Source: Raillietiella orientalis
Lineage: Eukaryota
NCBI GenBank assembly: GCA_036172245.1
Contig: JAYWIR010000052.1
Span: forward strand, 868,001 to 932,000
Direction: 5' to 3'
Length of the DNA: 64,000 nt
Made by a program: the position numbers and the translations under genes. Under the pieces are notes generated by a model, which was not told the origin of the DNA, made no database searches, and worked only from the letters and a program-made list of their open reading frames with translations. Numbering within the stretch: the stretch's first letter is position 1; each line of letters begins with the position of its first letter. This document shows positions 23,601-35,841 of this stretch, one piece after another.

Positions 23601-25303
23601 TCTTCCTCCTCCTCTTTTCCTCTTCCTCGCCCTCTTTTCCTTCCTTCCCTCCCCTCCTTTCTTCCTCCTCCTCCTTTCCTAGGATGAAGGGTGGCTCAGC
23701 TACGAGCACCTCCGCGAATCGACCCGGGGTTCACATACCCGTTCCAGAAAGACGAGACTCCCTGCGCCAGAGTCCCTGAAAGGGATATCCCCGACGTTCG
23801 CCTCTCTTTTCCTTTCTCTCTCTCCCTCTCTTGCGCACCCCCTTCCTCCTCGACCCGCCGTCCACACCGGAGGAAGGGGTCGGCCTCCGGGAGTCATCGC
23901 GCCCGCCTCCCGCTCTCTACCATTTGTCCGGAAGTGGGAATGCGGCCGGGACGTTCACTCCCGGTCGGGTCTCCTTCCCGGAGGACAAGGGGACCTGCTC
24001 CCCCTTCCTGTCCCGCACGGGAAGGCACTCCCTTCCGGGCCGGCCCACCCTGTGGCGTGCTGGCATGCGGCCGAGCCGGCAGCGCGGCGTGGCGCTCCGC
24101 CGCCACTGTCACGTGACTGCTTCCCGGAAGATCCACCGAGCTGCGGAAAGGAAGCGATGAAAGACGCCGGAAGGCATGCAGGGGGAAGGGAGGAACAGCG
24201 TTTGATCCCGGCGCTCGGTCAATCCAAAGGGGGAGGAGAGGGCGAAACCCCGCCTCGGCTCCGTCGAGAGGGGGCGGAAGAGCTGGGCAGAGTGGTGGTT
24301 CCAGAAGCTTCTGCTCGCGCGAGGAATGACTTTGCGGAAAGATGATGCAGGAAGTTGTGCTTCAGTTGGCGTGGGCGACGAGGATCTCGAACACAAGGGC
24401 ATGGGGTGAGCGATCCGTATCGAGGTGGAGAGCCAGGCGCGCTCTTGCCCAGGAGAGTCCTCCGCAGCGCCAATTCGCCCAGAAAAACACACAAAGGGGG
24501 GAGGGGTCGCCTGGCAACCGAAGGATGGGGGAAGGCACAAGCGACTTGCGGATCCGAGTCGCCTCGACTGTGGGCGGCCCTTGCAAGAAGATTCTGACGA
24601 GCTCCAGCCGCGCGCCCGTATCAGCCTGGATTCTTCCACCTGGGGCAGAGTCTCGATAGAGAGTGACAGGACGGAATTTCCGAACCCCCAGGAACGCCTA
24701 GCGTGGGGTCTCAGCAGACATCCTCCTAGAGATCCGGAGGTTACCCATCCAGTGAATATGACACGTCCTGAGGGCGCGGGACAGAAGGAATTCTTCCTCG
24801 CTGACCGAGATAAGCCAGGAAGGACAGTTGCAGTGAAAGCCGATGGAACGCGAGCATCTCCGGAACCCTCCTCTCAGCCGTGATTTCTCAGCTGCCTGAA
24901 AGAATCAGGGCTGATGCGGAAGGGATTTCTCAGGGTCACGGAAAGATGCAAACGCTAGGAAGCTGCTTTTGTGGACTGCTGGAGAGGGCCTATCATTGGA
25001 AAACGGCATTCCTCCTCCTCCTCCTTTTCTCTTCTCTTCCTCTTCCATCCCTCCTCTCCTTCGCCTGGGAGTAGCAAAGGGGTGGTCTCCCCCAGCATCT
25101 CTCAGCGCTCCTCTCACTGTTTGCAAAGCCTTTTCTCCGGACACCTGCAGCAGGTGCCTCGGATGCTGTAGATTTCTAAAGAGCACCCTCCCCGACGAGA
25201 GCCTTTGGAAGATGAGTGTGCGCGTTCTTAGGGAGGCCGTGCAGGTGACAAGAAAGGGAAGAAGCAAAAAATAAGTCCTTCTCTGCCACCATGGCATCCG
25301 GCT

Positions 25304-25317
25304 GTTGCCATGGATAC
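25304..25317 (-). promoter_or_regulatory. Candidate RFX X-box GTATCCATGGCAAC
   Basis: Full match to the RTHNYY-WT-RRNRAC X-box consensus on the minus strand. Confidence 0.5.
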
Positions 25318-26549
25318 ACCAGCGCACCTTTTGTGGGGAAGGGTGAAGGTTTGGCCGTCGGAGCTCCCTCGCGGGGGGGACGGAATCCTCCTTCGATCCG
25401 AGGAAGGCAGGACCGCCGAACCCCCTCATCTGCGAGCGGGAAGCACTCGGCTCTGCCAGCACTCCCCCTTCTGCCTTGAGGCAATGGCTGCTGCGGCCCC
25501 CTCTGGAGTCACCGTCGGCTTCCCCTCCTTCTCCATCTGCAGAGCGATCCGGCAAGCACGCAGCGTGCGCAGGCACCCGGACGAGCTCTCCGCTGAAGGG
25601 GAGGGAGGAGAGGTCCCACCAGCATCCGGCGGAGGGAGAAGGAAATCCTTCCCTCCCCCTTCCGCGCGCCTTCCGGAACGGTTCGCCCGGCGATCCCGTA
25701 CCGACTTATCACTCGCTCAGCCGCCTGCTCCTTAGGTATCAGCAATAGCCCTGATTAATCCCGCGAGCGGAGCGTCTCTGCATCTTCCCGCCGCGATCAC
25801 GGCATCCGAAAATTCTCCCCTGCCCCGTTCGCACGGAGTTCCGCCTGTGGTAAGCGCGTTCTTTTTATAGAACGCTGACGGACGCACTTGGAACCCGTCC
25901 GCGGAAAATCCTTTGATACTCCTTCCAGGAGGTGATTTTTCGCCAGAGCACGCGGAGGAGGAAGAGGAGGAGGGGAAGCGAAGGGAGGGGGGGAGGAACC
26001 GCTTATCCGCTTGCGAGGAGAGATTCCGCACCGCTCCGCGGACGGTTCGCCCGGGGAACCCGGCACGGCCCCCCAGACACGAAGAGCTGGGACGAAAAGA
26101 AATGAGGAACCTCGACGCCGGGAAACGCCGCAGCCTCTCTGCCTTCCTTTCTTTTTTCTTTTTCTTTTTTTGAACAGCACCCGGGGCTCCCAGGCTGTCG
26201 CTCATCCGGGTACTGACCGGACCCGACGCCGCTTAACTTGGCCGATCCAACGAGAGGAGGCGCTTGCAGCGTCCCCCCTTTCTGGGAACAAACCCGAGAG
26301 AAGACGTGCGCGTTTCTTCCGCCCAGTGGGTCCGCAGCCGAAGCCCGTGGGCCTCCCCTCCTGGCAAAATTCGTCCCGAAAAGAAGCGTCGATCTCGCAG
26401 GACTCGCCTACGAGAGCGGGCGGAGGCGCGCGAAAGCTCCAACAGGGAAGGGGGGAGGGAGTCGTGTTTGTTCCCCACGCCAAGGGTCCAGGGCAGTAGA
26501 GTCGCGAAGACGGATGGTGCCTGGACCCGCGAGAGGAAGCGCCTCCACT

Positions 26550-27070
26550 CTTCGGGCTGAACCTTCGCCGGTGGGACGACCACCGTCGAACCGCGCTCAA
26601 CGCTCTCGGATCCGTCGCGCTCGCAGGGAATCCGCCTGGCTTCCAGCAGCCGCCACCGGGAGGTTCGTCTTTCTGTTGGTCCGCCGTCCGAAGATTCCCT
26701 CTTCTTGCGGAGGGAGAAAAGTAGGGCCGAACTCTGCTCCCTGCGCGGGCCAGGAGGATACAGACAGTCACTGGGGACTCGGCTGGATGATCGTGGGCCT
26801 CAGCGACGGGGTGCTTCGACTCCTCTTGCCCAAGTGCTAACGTGGAAAATGGGACCTCGGCCTGCTGACTCGCAGCGCGCGATAGGTAGCAGTAGGAAGG
26901 ATGGGGCTCTGGGATTCCTCGCTCTTCCTCTCTGCCTCTTTGTTTCCGCACACGGAGCATCTCGCGGATTGTCTCGGCAACCCGCAGGGAGATGGAAAGT
27001 GCAAGTGACCAGCGTGACGCTTTGCCCTGCTCTGAACCAAGCCGCAGGACCCGAGCTTCCAAGCCGGAGA
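26550..27070 (+). mobile_element. Decayed L1/Tx1-like post-RT fragment
   Basis: GGRKVGPNS..VLTWK..IGSSRKDGALGFLALP resembles the GR..+N / FxW / P..GGLG motif series. Confidence 0.45.
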
Positions 27071-27140
27071 GGCCGTGACTCGGGGATGTCTCCCGCCGCC
27101 GCCGCCGCCGCCGTGGACGGGGAACAGCGAACCGCTTCCC

Positions 27141-27154
27141 GTTTCCACGGCAAC
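27141..27154. promoter_or_regulatory. Candidate RFX X-box GTTTCCACGGCAAC
   Basis: Reverse complement of the 16376 site. Confidence 0.45.
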
Positions 27155-29010
27155 TGGCCCTTCGGATCGAGCGGCCGCTGGACGAAGGCGATCCAGCTTC
27201 AGGGATGCGCCCATTGCCGTCCGATTCTTTGCCTCTCATTCGCCAAAAGAGCAGGTCGACGTCTCCAAACACAGCATCCCGCTGCTCGCGTTCTGTTCAT
27301 CCCTTCAAGCAGACACGCGCGCCCGTCTTTCGCCTCCCATCTACCGACCGCGTTCTCCCACCTTTGCCCCAGTCTTCCCGGCCGTGGCACGCCGATTCCC
27401 AATCCCTCTTGGAGGGGGGTGGAGGAGAGAGAACCGAACCCACCCGAAGCTTCAAAGCCTTCCTGTCCATCGCTACGCACATCATCTCGAGCAGCCATCT
27501 TGACTCCGAGCATCCGTCATAGTCTCACGCGCGCTGGGATTGCCGCCTCCTCCCGGGCGTGCGATTTCGCCTTCCCGTACGCCTCGCTTGACGATGGCCG
27601 CTTCTTTGGCTGCTGCCTGGGAGCCCGCGGGAAGGAGGAAAAAGGAAAAAGCCCTCCTGTTCCTCTCCGCCCCCTCTCGTCGCCGGAGCCGGACTGATTG
27701 CATGCCCTTGGAGGCCCGGGGTTTGCCTTCCGAGCGTAGTGAGCAGCCGCCACGGCTTACGAGCGTCCACGCCGCGGCACGGCATTTCCCCGGAAGCGGG
27801 GCAAACGGCGCGCTTGGGGAAAATTTCCCCGGCTGAGAAACGTGAGGGTGAGGAGGAAGCGAAGACTTCCTATTGGCCAGGGCGAAATTTTCGGGAGCTC
27901 GTTTTAAACGCGCATTCAAACTAAAAGGGATGCGAAGACGAACGGGACGAGGGAATGGAGCATAAACGAAGCAGGAGTGAGAAGCAAAAGCAGCCCACCG
28001 TTAGATGGCGCTGAGCAGTCCCCCCCCCCGCCCCTCCTTCGATGCGAATTTGGCGTCTCCCTGGAATGCCACGTGGCAATTTGCGCGCTGCGTCTCCGAG
28101 CGCGTCGAACATTTAAAAATACGCTTTGTTTGTTTGTTTTTCCTTTTTTTTTGGGGGGGGGGGGACCTCTTAGGATGACAACAATATCCCCCCCCTCTAG
28201 CGGGTCTGGTTTCTTCAGAAATCCTCCCCCCTTTCGCGAACCTGCCGCCATGACGCAAGCGAAACTGCGAGCAGCTCCGGAGCACGGCCAGGGAGCGCGT
28301 CGCGGCGGCACGGAAGTCAGTTTTTTGAACTCCTCTCCCGACCGACGAAAAGGAGCCGGCGTTCAACTCTTTCTTTATTCAGGGAAAGTTGCCGGGGGAA
28401 GGACGCGGGACGAAAAGATGCTCAACCCACGCGGCAGTACTCTGAGAAAACGCTTGGTTCCACGGTTCGTCAGCGCAAGACGGCGGCGCCCTCTCCGTTG
28501 CTCGCGCCAACCCAACAGACAACCGGCCAGCTTTGCGAGCGGAGTACGCTTCCTGCACGCAGGCGTGCGCAGGCAGGCACGCTTATGCGCGTATACGTAC
28601 ACACATAATTGCGTGCGCATCGTGAACTCGGCGCGAGTCCACTCAAACGGGGAAAGGAGGGGAGGGGGTGAGATTTCTGGGGCGATTCGCACCGGAATGG
28701 CCGACTGCAGCCTCGGAACGAGGACACCCCCACAATCGGGATGCACACATCCTTCCTTGGTGTTTTGCTCTTGGAGCAGCGCTTCGCTCCCGAAACGCTC
28801 AAGGGTGTGAGGGTCGTACTGTCCTGGGGAAGGCGGACCCACCTGACCTGACCTAACCCAGTGTTTCGTTCCTCAGGGTGCGTCGAACATTTAAATACGC
28901 ACACAAGGCCTCCCCCGTGCGAGGTTTTCGTTTGGAAAGTAGGGAAGACGTGGGGGGCGGAAGGGAGCTAAGAGAGTTTACCGCTTTCCGCCCGTATCCG
29001 GAGGCAACAA

Positions 29011-29100
29011 TGTTGCCGCCCCTAGCCTGCTGGCATTGTTGCCGCCCCTAGCCTGCTGGCATTGTTGCCGTCCCTAGCCTGCTGGCATTGTTGCCGCCCC
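29011..29100 (+). repeat. 26-bp minisatellite, about 3.5 copies
   Basis: Unit tgttgccgcccctagcctgctggcat starts at 29011, 29037 and 29063 (one mismatch), with a partial copy at 29089. Confidence 0.95.
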
Positions 29101-29174
29101 GGAGCGACCGGTTGGCGACAGGCTCCGCTGCCCGCGCGGATCCCTCGGTGCTGATGAGCTCTTTCTCCTTCCAG

Positions 29175-29394
29175 GCGATCCTGTTCTACATTCCAAAGTG
29201 GCTATGGAAGAACTGGGAGTCGGGGAAGATCCAGGCGCTCATGATGGACTTAGAAGTTGGTGTATGCACTGAGGTCGAAAAGAAGCAAAAGAAAAAGATC
29301 CTTTTAGACTATCTAGTGGATAACCTTCGTCATCACAACTGGTGGGCCTATCGATACTTTTTTTGTGAATTCCTAGCGTTCTGCAATCTCATAG
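29175..29394 (+). CDS. shakB: Innexin shaking-B, second coding exon (end of TM2, cytoplasmic loop, TM3)
   Basis: [59 protein letters not shown]. 220 nt; donor ATAG|GTACGT, phase 1. Confidence 0.97.
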
Positions 29395-32289
29395 GTACGT
29401 TCTGTCTTCACCATTTTTGCTGATTGGCTGTTTTTATTTTTTTATTTCATTCTATATGTATTTTTTGCCGTTCGATTTGTTTTGAAACTCGGACGCACCT
29501 CTTTTTTCTAAAGAAAAAAAAACCGGCGTTGTCCCCTGTCCGTCTCGGACCTTCCGCAGTGTGTCCGGAAAGTCTTCCGAGGGATGCGCAGATCGAACGA
29601 CATCCGTCCCGTAGCCCGTCCGCTGGACCAAGTGCGCGACAGAGAGAGTCCGCGCGCCCTATTCCGCTGTCGCGCACTTAAATCCGCATCAGTTCCGCGA
29701 GATAACGTGAAACTGCCGTGTGCACGTCCCGGAGATCCGTGGCGAAGGAAACGGTTGCTCTGCTGGAGCAGCCCCGAGACGGATCCTCGGGAAACGCATC
29801 TGTATTCCCCTCCCGTCACGGTCCGAATGGATCGAATGAATTTTCTCCTCACGCCCATTAAAGGAAACGCGTTCCTTTTCACTTCGGACGAGGAGCAGGA
29901 AAACAGGATCAAGCGGAAAAAAGTTTAGCGAATCGTAACTGCTATTAATCCCAGCAAACGAACGAATGAAGAAAAAACACACACACACACACATAGAGAA
30001 GTCAGCGATTTCCCATCCCCTTGTTCCCTTCGCAGAGGTCTTTCCAACGTCTTCCTCTCCGCAGGTTCCCTTCCTAGCAGATGGAAAGCAACGGGGTCTT
30101 CGCAGAAAGCGAAACGAAAGAGCGCGCGCTCGACGTCACGCTGCGGCCACCGGCCGATTCGAGCAAGCATTCGAGGAAGGATCGGCGGGATGAAAAGGCA
30201 ATTTGCATACGTCCGCGAGGGAACAGCACGGACGACCTGCAAGGCACATCGCGCCTCGAGTATCATGGGGTTTTCCCAACCGGCGGCGTTGGCGCGGACA
30301 CACGACCGCTGGTTGCCTCCTTCCCCGCACCTCCTCGCTCCAGAGAGGGGAGCAGCGCCGTTCGGCGGACGGAAGGAGCAGGAAAAGGAAACTCGCTTCC
30401 GCGGCGCTGCTGGGATCACGGCCGCCGCCGCCGCCGTTTGCCGGGCGGCGGGGGCGTTCAGCCCCGCACCGACGTTTGCCGGGCGCTTCCGAGGAGCGAG
30501 CGAGAAAGGGGGGAGTCTGCCGGACGAGGGAGAGCGTCCCGTCGCGACGGGCTCGCCCCTGCTTGCCGCCGCCGAGGGGTTCGCGCGCCGGAGACGGAAC
30601 GGGGCCGTAGGCGTGAAAGCGCGCTGCGGCGGTGTGCCGCCGGTCGACCTGTTGCGGCGAGGCGCTGTCACGAGCGCTCGGCCGCCGGGATCCGCCCTCC
30701 GCGCGACCTCGAGAAGCGCGCGGGACGCGTTTCCGGTCTTCGGAAACGCGGAAGGGAGAGTGGGAGGGGGGAGGGGGAGTCGACCGATCGAGTCTATGAA
30801 TAGGTCTCCGGGATCGGGCGCTTTGCCGGACGCACGATGACGGCGTGCGCACCACCGCGCGTGCGCTCCGCTAGCCACGCTTCACGTGGTTCCCGTGGCT
30901 GACAGACCGATTAGAGAGAGGGAGGCGGCCCGGAAGCGGGAGCGCGGCGGCACGGATCCTCCTCCTCTGCCCGCAGGATGGAGCCCCTCCAACGTCTCGC
31001 GGATAGAAGAAAAAAAAAAAAAACACCTGATAGCGGGGCGTGGATGTCGTGGCTTCCGGTCTGCCACCGCGCGCGGCTGTCGCGTGTATTTCCTTCCTTT
31101 TTTCCCATTTTCGTGGAACAAAAAATAAAATACACACCCGCGCGCGCGCGCGCACAAAATCAGGCAAGGATATGAGAAACATTCGGTGTTTACTCGGTTG
31201 TGTGACAGAAACGATGCAACAAATTATTTCCCGGATTACTGCAGCAATCGCTTAGCATGCGGAAGCGAATGCTAAGAGATGAAGGATGGATTCTGATGTA
31301 TACTTTGACAATGTATCTGTTCCCCCCACTCGGGAAGGAACCGGCTCCCTGAAGAGGAAGAGAGCGTTGATTTATTGGGCTCGAAGCGGTTCGAAACCGC
31401 CCGCGCGAACGGGGAAGTTCCTCCGGTGAAATTCCTGGGGATCGGGCGACCTGAAAGATGAAGGTGCCGCCGGCGCACGCTGGGACGGAAGCGCGAGGGC
31501 GGCTCCCCCTTCGCTCGCAGACGGGCCAGACTGGCTTGGGACGGGAGGAAGAAGGGATGGAGGGCGCGTGCACCCTCCGTCCCGGGGGGCGTCCGTCGTC
31601 ACGGGAAAAGCGTCAGCAGACGGACGCCGACCCGGCAGCAGCTGAGGAGCGTTCGTTCGCACGACCGAACCAGAGCCGAACGTTCGAGGAAGGGGGCCAA
31701 CCCTCTGGAACGATGGCTGCACCCCTGTCCCTCTCTGCCAGCCACACCTTCCGATCCTCGCAGTTTCGCTGCGAATTTTCGTCTGCGGTGGCAACGCGTG
31801 GAGCAGCAGCCTGTAGCGCAAGGGTCACGGGTCGATTGGTGAACTCCTGGCTCTCACCTCCCCGTCCCATGCGTTTTGAATGAGCGGCGCGTGGAATGCT
31901 TTCGCGCCAGCGTACCGCTCCACTTCCTGGAAGAATCTGGCGTGCTCATTCTGATCGGCGGGAGGAGGATGCCGCGGGGAAGACGACCGCAGGTCACCGT
32001 AGAGCTGGACCGGCGAAGGACTGCTCCTCCCTCTTCTCCACTCCGCGCCAGCCTCGCGTGCCGCTCGGGTGGAGTCGACCGCGCACCATTTCGAATGCTG
32101 GGCGTCTGCCCGGGGCGAGCATCTCCGAAACGGCGAGGTGCCAAACCTCGCTCGGTGAGGCCTCCGCGGTTCCGGAGGGCTCCAGCTGGCCGGCGGTGGA
32201 GGTCGAGGGCTCAAACGGGGGGCTCGGCGCAGCACCCAAGTACGGCTCGGTTTCAACCCGGGTGCGCCGGGGCGTTTATTTTTCAACAA

Positions 32290-33640
32290 ACTCATTACAG
32301 GAAAAATTGTGGTTGGAACAGCGGACCAACCACGTCCAATTTATAAGATACCTGCCGGGTCACCGGTACGCAGACCGGCGCGGTCCACCACGGCAGCAGA
32401 GGAGAGGCGACAAACAAAAAGAAAAAAAAGAAAACAGAACGAAAAAAATAAATACACACTCTGGGGGGCTCGGGAAGGGATCCTCCGAAGCTGCATTCTG
32501 GTCCATCCTGTCTAGGATGTCGGCAAGGTCTTGCTGGATAGTCCTGTCCAGGTGGGGCCATCGCGTCGCCATCCTCAGGAAGCGGACGGCGTATTCGCTG
32601 GCACCCCTATCGCTGGGTCCTCCCGTTGCTTTACTCCAGGTTGCGACGATCCCGCGTAGGCAGCACAAGGCTGCAAGGGAGACCGCTGGCCGAAAGGCGT
32701 TGCGAACGAAGAGAGGTTTGAGAGCGTCCCTGGGGTTGCCTCCGGAGGTTCCCAGGACCGCGGCAAAGCGTTCCCACAGGGGCCGGAGGGCAACTCGGTC
32801 CACTCACAGGTGGGAGAGGGATTCCCGTACCTGACAGTTCGGGTCACACACACCCGCGTCCAGTATTGACGGCGGGCATTGCATGGAAGACCCCAATGCA
32901 GCACCAACAGCGTCGACTGCTGCCACTTCAGGGGGAGGTGCGGTTGTCCGTGAGCACCGAGGGCAACTTCAGGTGTTCCACCGGAACATCCAGAAGCTCT
33001 TCCCAGCGCAAGAGTCCGTGGGACGGTGTACTCGTGGTCGCAGCGTCAGTGAGCTGACCCGTCTTCAACTCTCCCAGTCCTTCCTCCCTTCAGGAGATGA
33101 TGATCTTACTTCCCATTTCGCCGCCATGCTGCTGCTCAGGTGCTCCTTGAGAGAGGGCAGCGCTGCAGCGAGGGAATTTCCTCCTGCCCACGCGCCTTTC
33201 CCGGGATCCTCCAGCATCTCTCGGAGCGTGCAACGGTTTTTGCGCACGAACAGGAACCAGAGCACCTGTTCTGCGCCTTGCTCCTGGCTCCTCGCCCACG
33301 TGCGAACGGTTTCCTGTAGCCAGGTGCTACCGTTCTCGGGGCGGCAGGAGATCCATCTTGTGTTCTTCCTTGTCACATTGGTCATCCTCCGTGGCTGCAA
33401 TCCGCAGTGAGCGATGTGGCGGCGATGGAGTGCAGTTGCTGGTGGCTTGCTGGACGAGGAGGCGCGCAGGGACGCACCAGGTGGTGTACCACAACGTTGC
33501 CTCAAGGGCCAGAATCCTGAACTGGAGCTGAAGCTCCAGCTTCAGGAGGTCGAGGTCTCCGTCGCGACGCGGAGCGCACAAGTCCTTCAGGCGGACTCGG
33601 GACCTCCCTTTGCTCCAAAGGCAGACCCTTAGGAGGTCCT
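32290..33640 (-). mobile_element. Decayed L1/Tx1-like LINE 3' fragment with structured 3' UTR, antisense in the intron
   Basis: CLWSKGRSRVRLKDLCAPRRDGDLDLLKLE (W..LC.P..GGL motif) and LHWGLPCNARR. Homologous to 1040-1900, including the terminal GTGGTTGG/CCAACCAC hairpin. Confidence 0.75.
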
Positions 33641-33849
33641 GTGTCCTCTTCTTACTCCTCTGATTTGGGGGGCAAACAAAATGCAGGGGGAGGAGGAGGG
33701 GGTCCAAGTACGGCTCGGGGAATCCCGTTGTGTGTTTTGCTTCCCACCTCGTCCTCGTCGTCGACTGCCCACTTCCGTTTCCCCGTTTTCTTCTCCTCCG
33801 CTCTTCCGTGGACTCCCGTAGGCAGTGTCCGCGAAGCTCCTTCGGACGC

Positions 33850-34700
33850 CGAGATCTTCGCAGAACCACGCGTTTCGTCATCTCGCCACCAGAACCGCTG
33901 GTCATTCTCGACCTCGTTTGCAGACATCGGGCGCGGGTTAGTCACGCCCGAGGAACGATCGACGACTCGGAGAACGAGGGGGCTGCGTCATGAGTTCGAG
34001 TTCCCCCAGCGAGATGACGCTGGTTGCCCTATATTCGGTGCAGCACTGGTGGAAATCGGATGCCCCAGATGACTGGCCGGGATTAGAAGCCGACCTTCCG
34101 GGATCCTTCCAGGGCATCAAGGAGCCCTTCGGGTCTCTCCTCCGGTTGAGAAAACGGAGTCGTCCTCCGCCCCTTGAGGGACCCTCCATCGCTTACCATG
34201 GAGCTGGTGAATTGATGACACCTCTCCAGAGTGTGAAGAAGCGCGCCGTTCCCTTCGGTAGAGACCCTTCAGAGAAAATTGGGAAGCGTCCCTTCGGGGC
34301 TCTCTTCAGAGGAGGAAACAGGGAGCAGTTTCCTTGCGGGTTCCCTCTGGGAAAGAAATTCGGGAGCGGATCCTCTCCGCGGGATCCCTCCAGAGAAAAT
34401 AAGGAGGAGGTTCCCTTCGGAGCTCCCTCCCAAGCACGAGAGGAACGGACTCCTTCTTCCGGAACCCTTCCTGGATTCATGGGGCGATCCCCTCCCGGGG
34501 TGCCCCCCTAACCGGAAGAGTTAACACGCACCAGCTGGTGGCGTGGGCAACGTCGAAGAACAGTTCCTCGGCACTTGACGAACCGAAAGGATTCTCTTCT
34601 TGTATCGCGGTCCCCTTCCATCTCTGGTGTTCGGTGTCGAACATCGCTTTCGCTGATGGAAACTGGTCCACGAAAGTCTTCCGAAACGGCCTCAACACGA
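33850..34700 (+). mobile_element. Ty3/gypsy protease, linker and early RT fragment
   Basis: FEFPQRDDAG..WWKSDAPDDWPGLEADLPGSFQGIKEPF, then the linker and FLDSWG..PG..TH. ADGNWSTKVFRNGLN resembles KDGxWRxCxDxRxLN. High nucleotide similarity to 37170-37600. Confidence 0.6.
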
Positions 34701-35805
34701 GCCTCAGTTCCCTGCATCAAACATCGAACGCTCATTTAATTCATTTATTTATTTCTTGAATCTCCGCTAATTCCTGCTTCAGCTCCAGCCTGGGAGGGAT
34801 GGGGGGGGATCTCCCGCACTTCACGTATTTTTCATTCACTGCATCCGCCGGTATCGAATTTCCCGACGCGATGCAGCGGGTGAGGCGCGCGCACGTGCGC
34901 GGCAAGCGTGCGAACGTAAAACGCGCGCCTGCATGCAAACCCATGCGCGGTCCTCGGCCTGCCGTCTACTCGATGCGCGTGCGCGCGCGGACTCGCGCCT
35001 TCTCGTAGCGCCCGGGATGTCGAGCGTGTGTGCACGCGCACGCCAGAAAAAAGAAAAAAAAGAAGAGTGAAACCGGAAGTTGCTTACCGTGGTTAAGAGC
35101 ACGGAGAGCGCACGCAGGAGGAAAACGGGGAGGGGTGGCAACGGACGGCTCGTTCCCATCTCGAGGTGCACAGCGGAGAGGAGCGAGGGGTGCATCTCCG
35201 TTCTGCGGCGCGCCACGGGGGGGCATCTCGGACACGCTCGCGGACTCGGCTGCCCCCCCGGGAAACGGCTGGACCAGGCGAACCTTTCGGTGCACCGCTC
35301 GCCTGCGTGCTGCTTCCGCTCCGACCGCGGGTGAGCCGTTCGAACCTTCTTCTCCCCACCCGAGGTGTCCTCCGCCTTCCGGAGAGCGTTGGTGGTGACA
35401 CGTCACACCCGATGGCCGAGGTGACACGCGACGCCCGGTCGCGCAGGTGCTCCCGTCGCCCGCGCGCACGAAGCGGGGGAATCTGTAACCAGGCGCTGCG
35501 GCTGGCGCGCGGGCGTACAGGAGGATCCAACCGTTCTCCTGCCCCAGGTGACCCCACGTCGCTCATTGCTCCCTCTCGCGCGATCCGAGCAGCCCTCCTC
35601 CCGTCTCGAGCTCCTCCTCGGGCGCACCGGCCCACCGGAAGCGGCCCATCGGAGTGGCACGGACGTAGACCGCGCCGCGTGTTCGGACGGAACAGAGACG
35701 AACGCGCTTCGCTCTCTCCTTCCTCCGGCGCGGAGCCCCCCCACGCCTCGCTGCCTCAGCAACCCCTTGTCCACCTCCTCCTGGGGAAAGTTTGGCTGCT
35801 TTCCC

Positions 35806-35841
<36 letters not shown>

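Larger units (their letters stand above)
14213..29174 (+). other. shakB: shakB intron (GT-AG, phase 0, 14,962 nt)
   Basis: GTAGGA donor and ctctttctccttccAG acceptor. The join gives FFQ|AILFY as in innexins. Confidence 0.93.

Noticed and set aside
29003..29017. Palindrome GGCAACAATGTTGCC as an X-box
   Set aside because: The half-sites are in everted orientation relative to the RFX consensus.
20493..29100. CRISPR-like appearance of the 81-bp and 26-bp repeats
   Set aside because: Eukaryotic intron, only two units or no unique spacers, and no cas genes.
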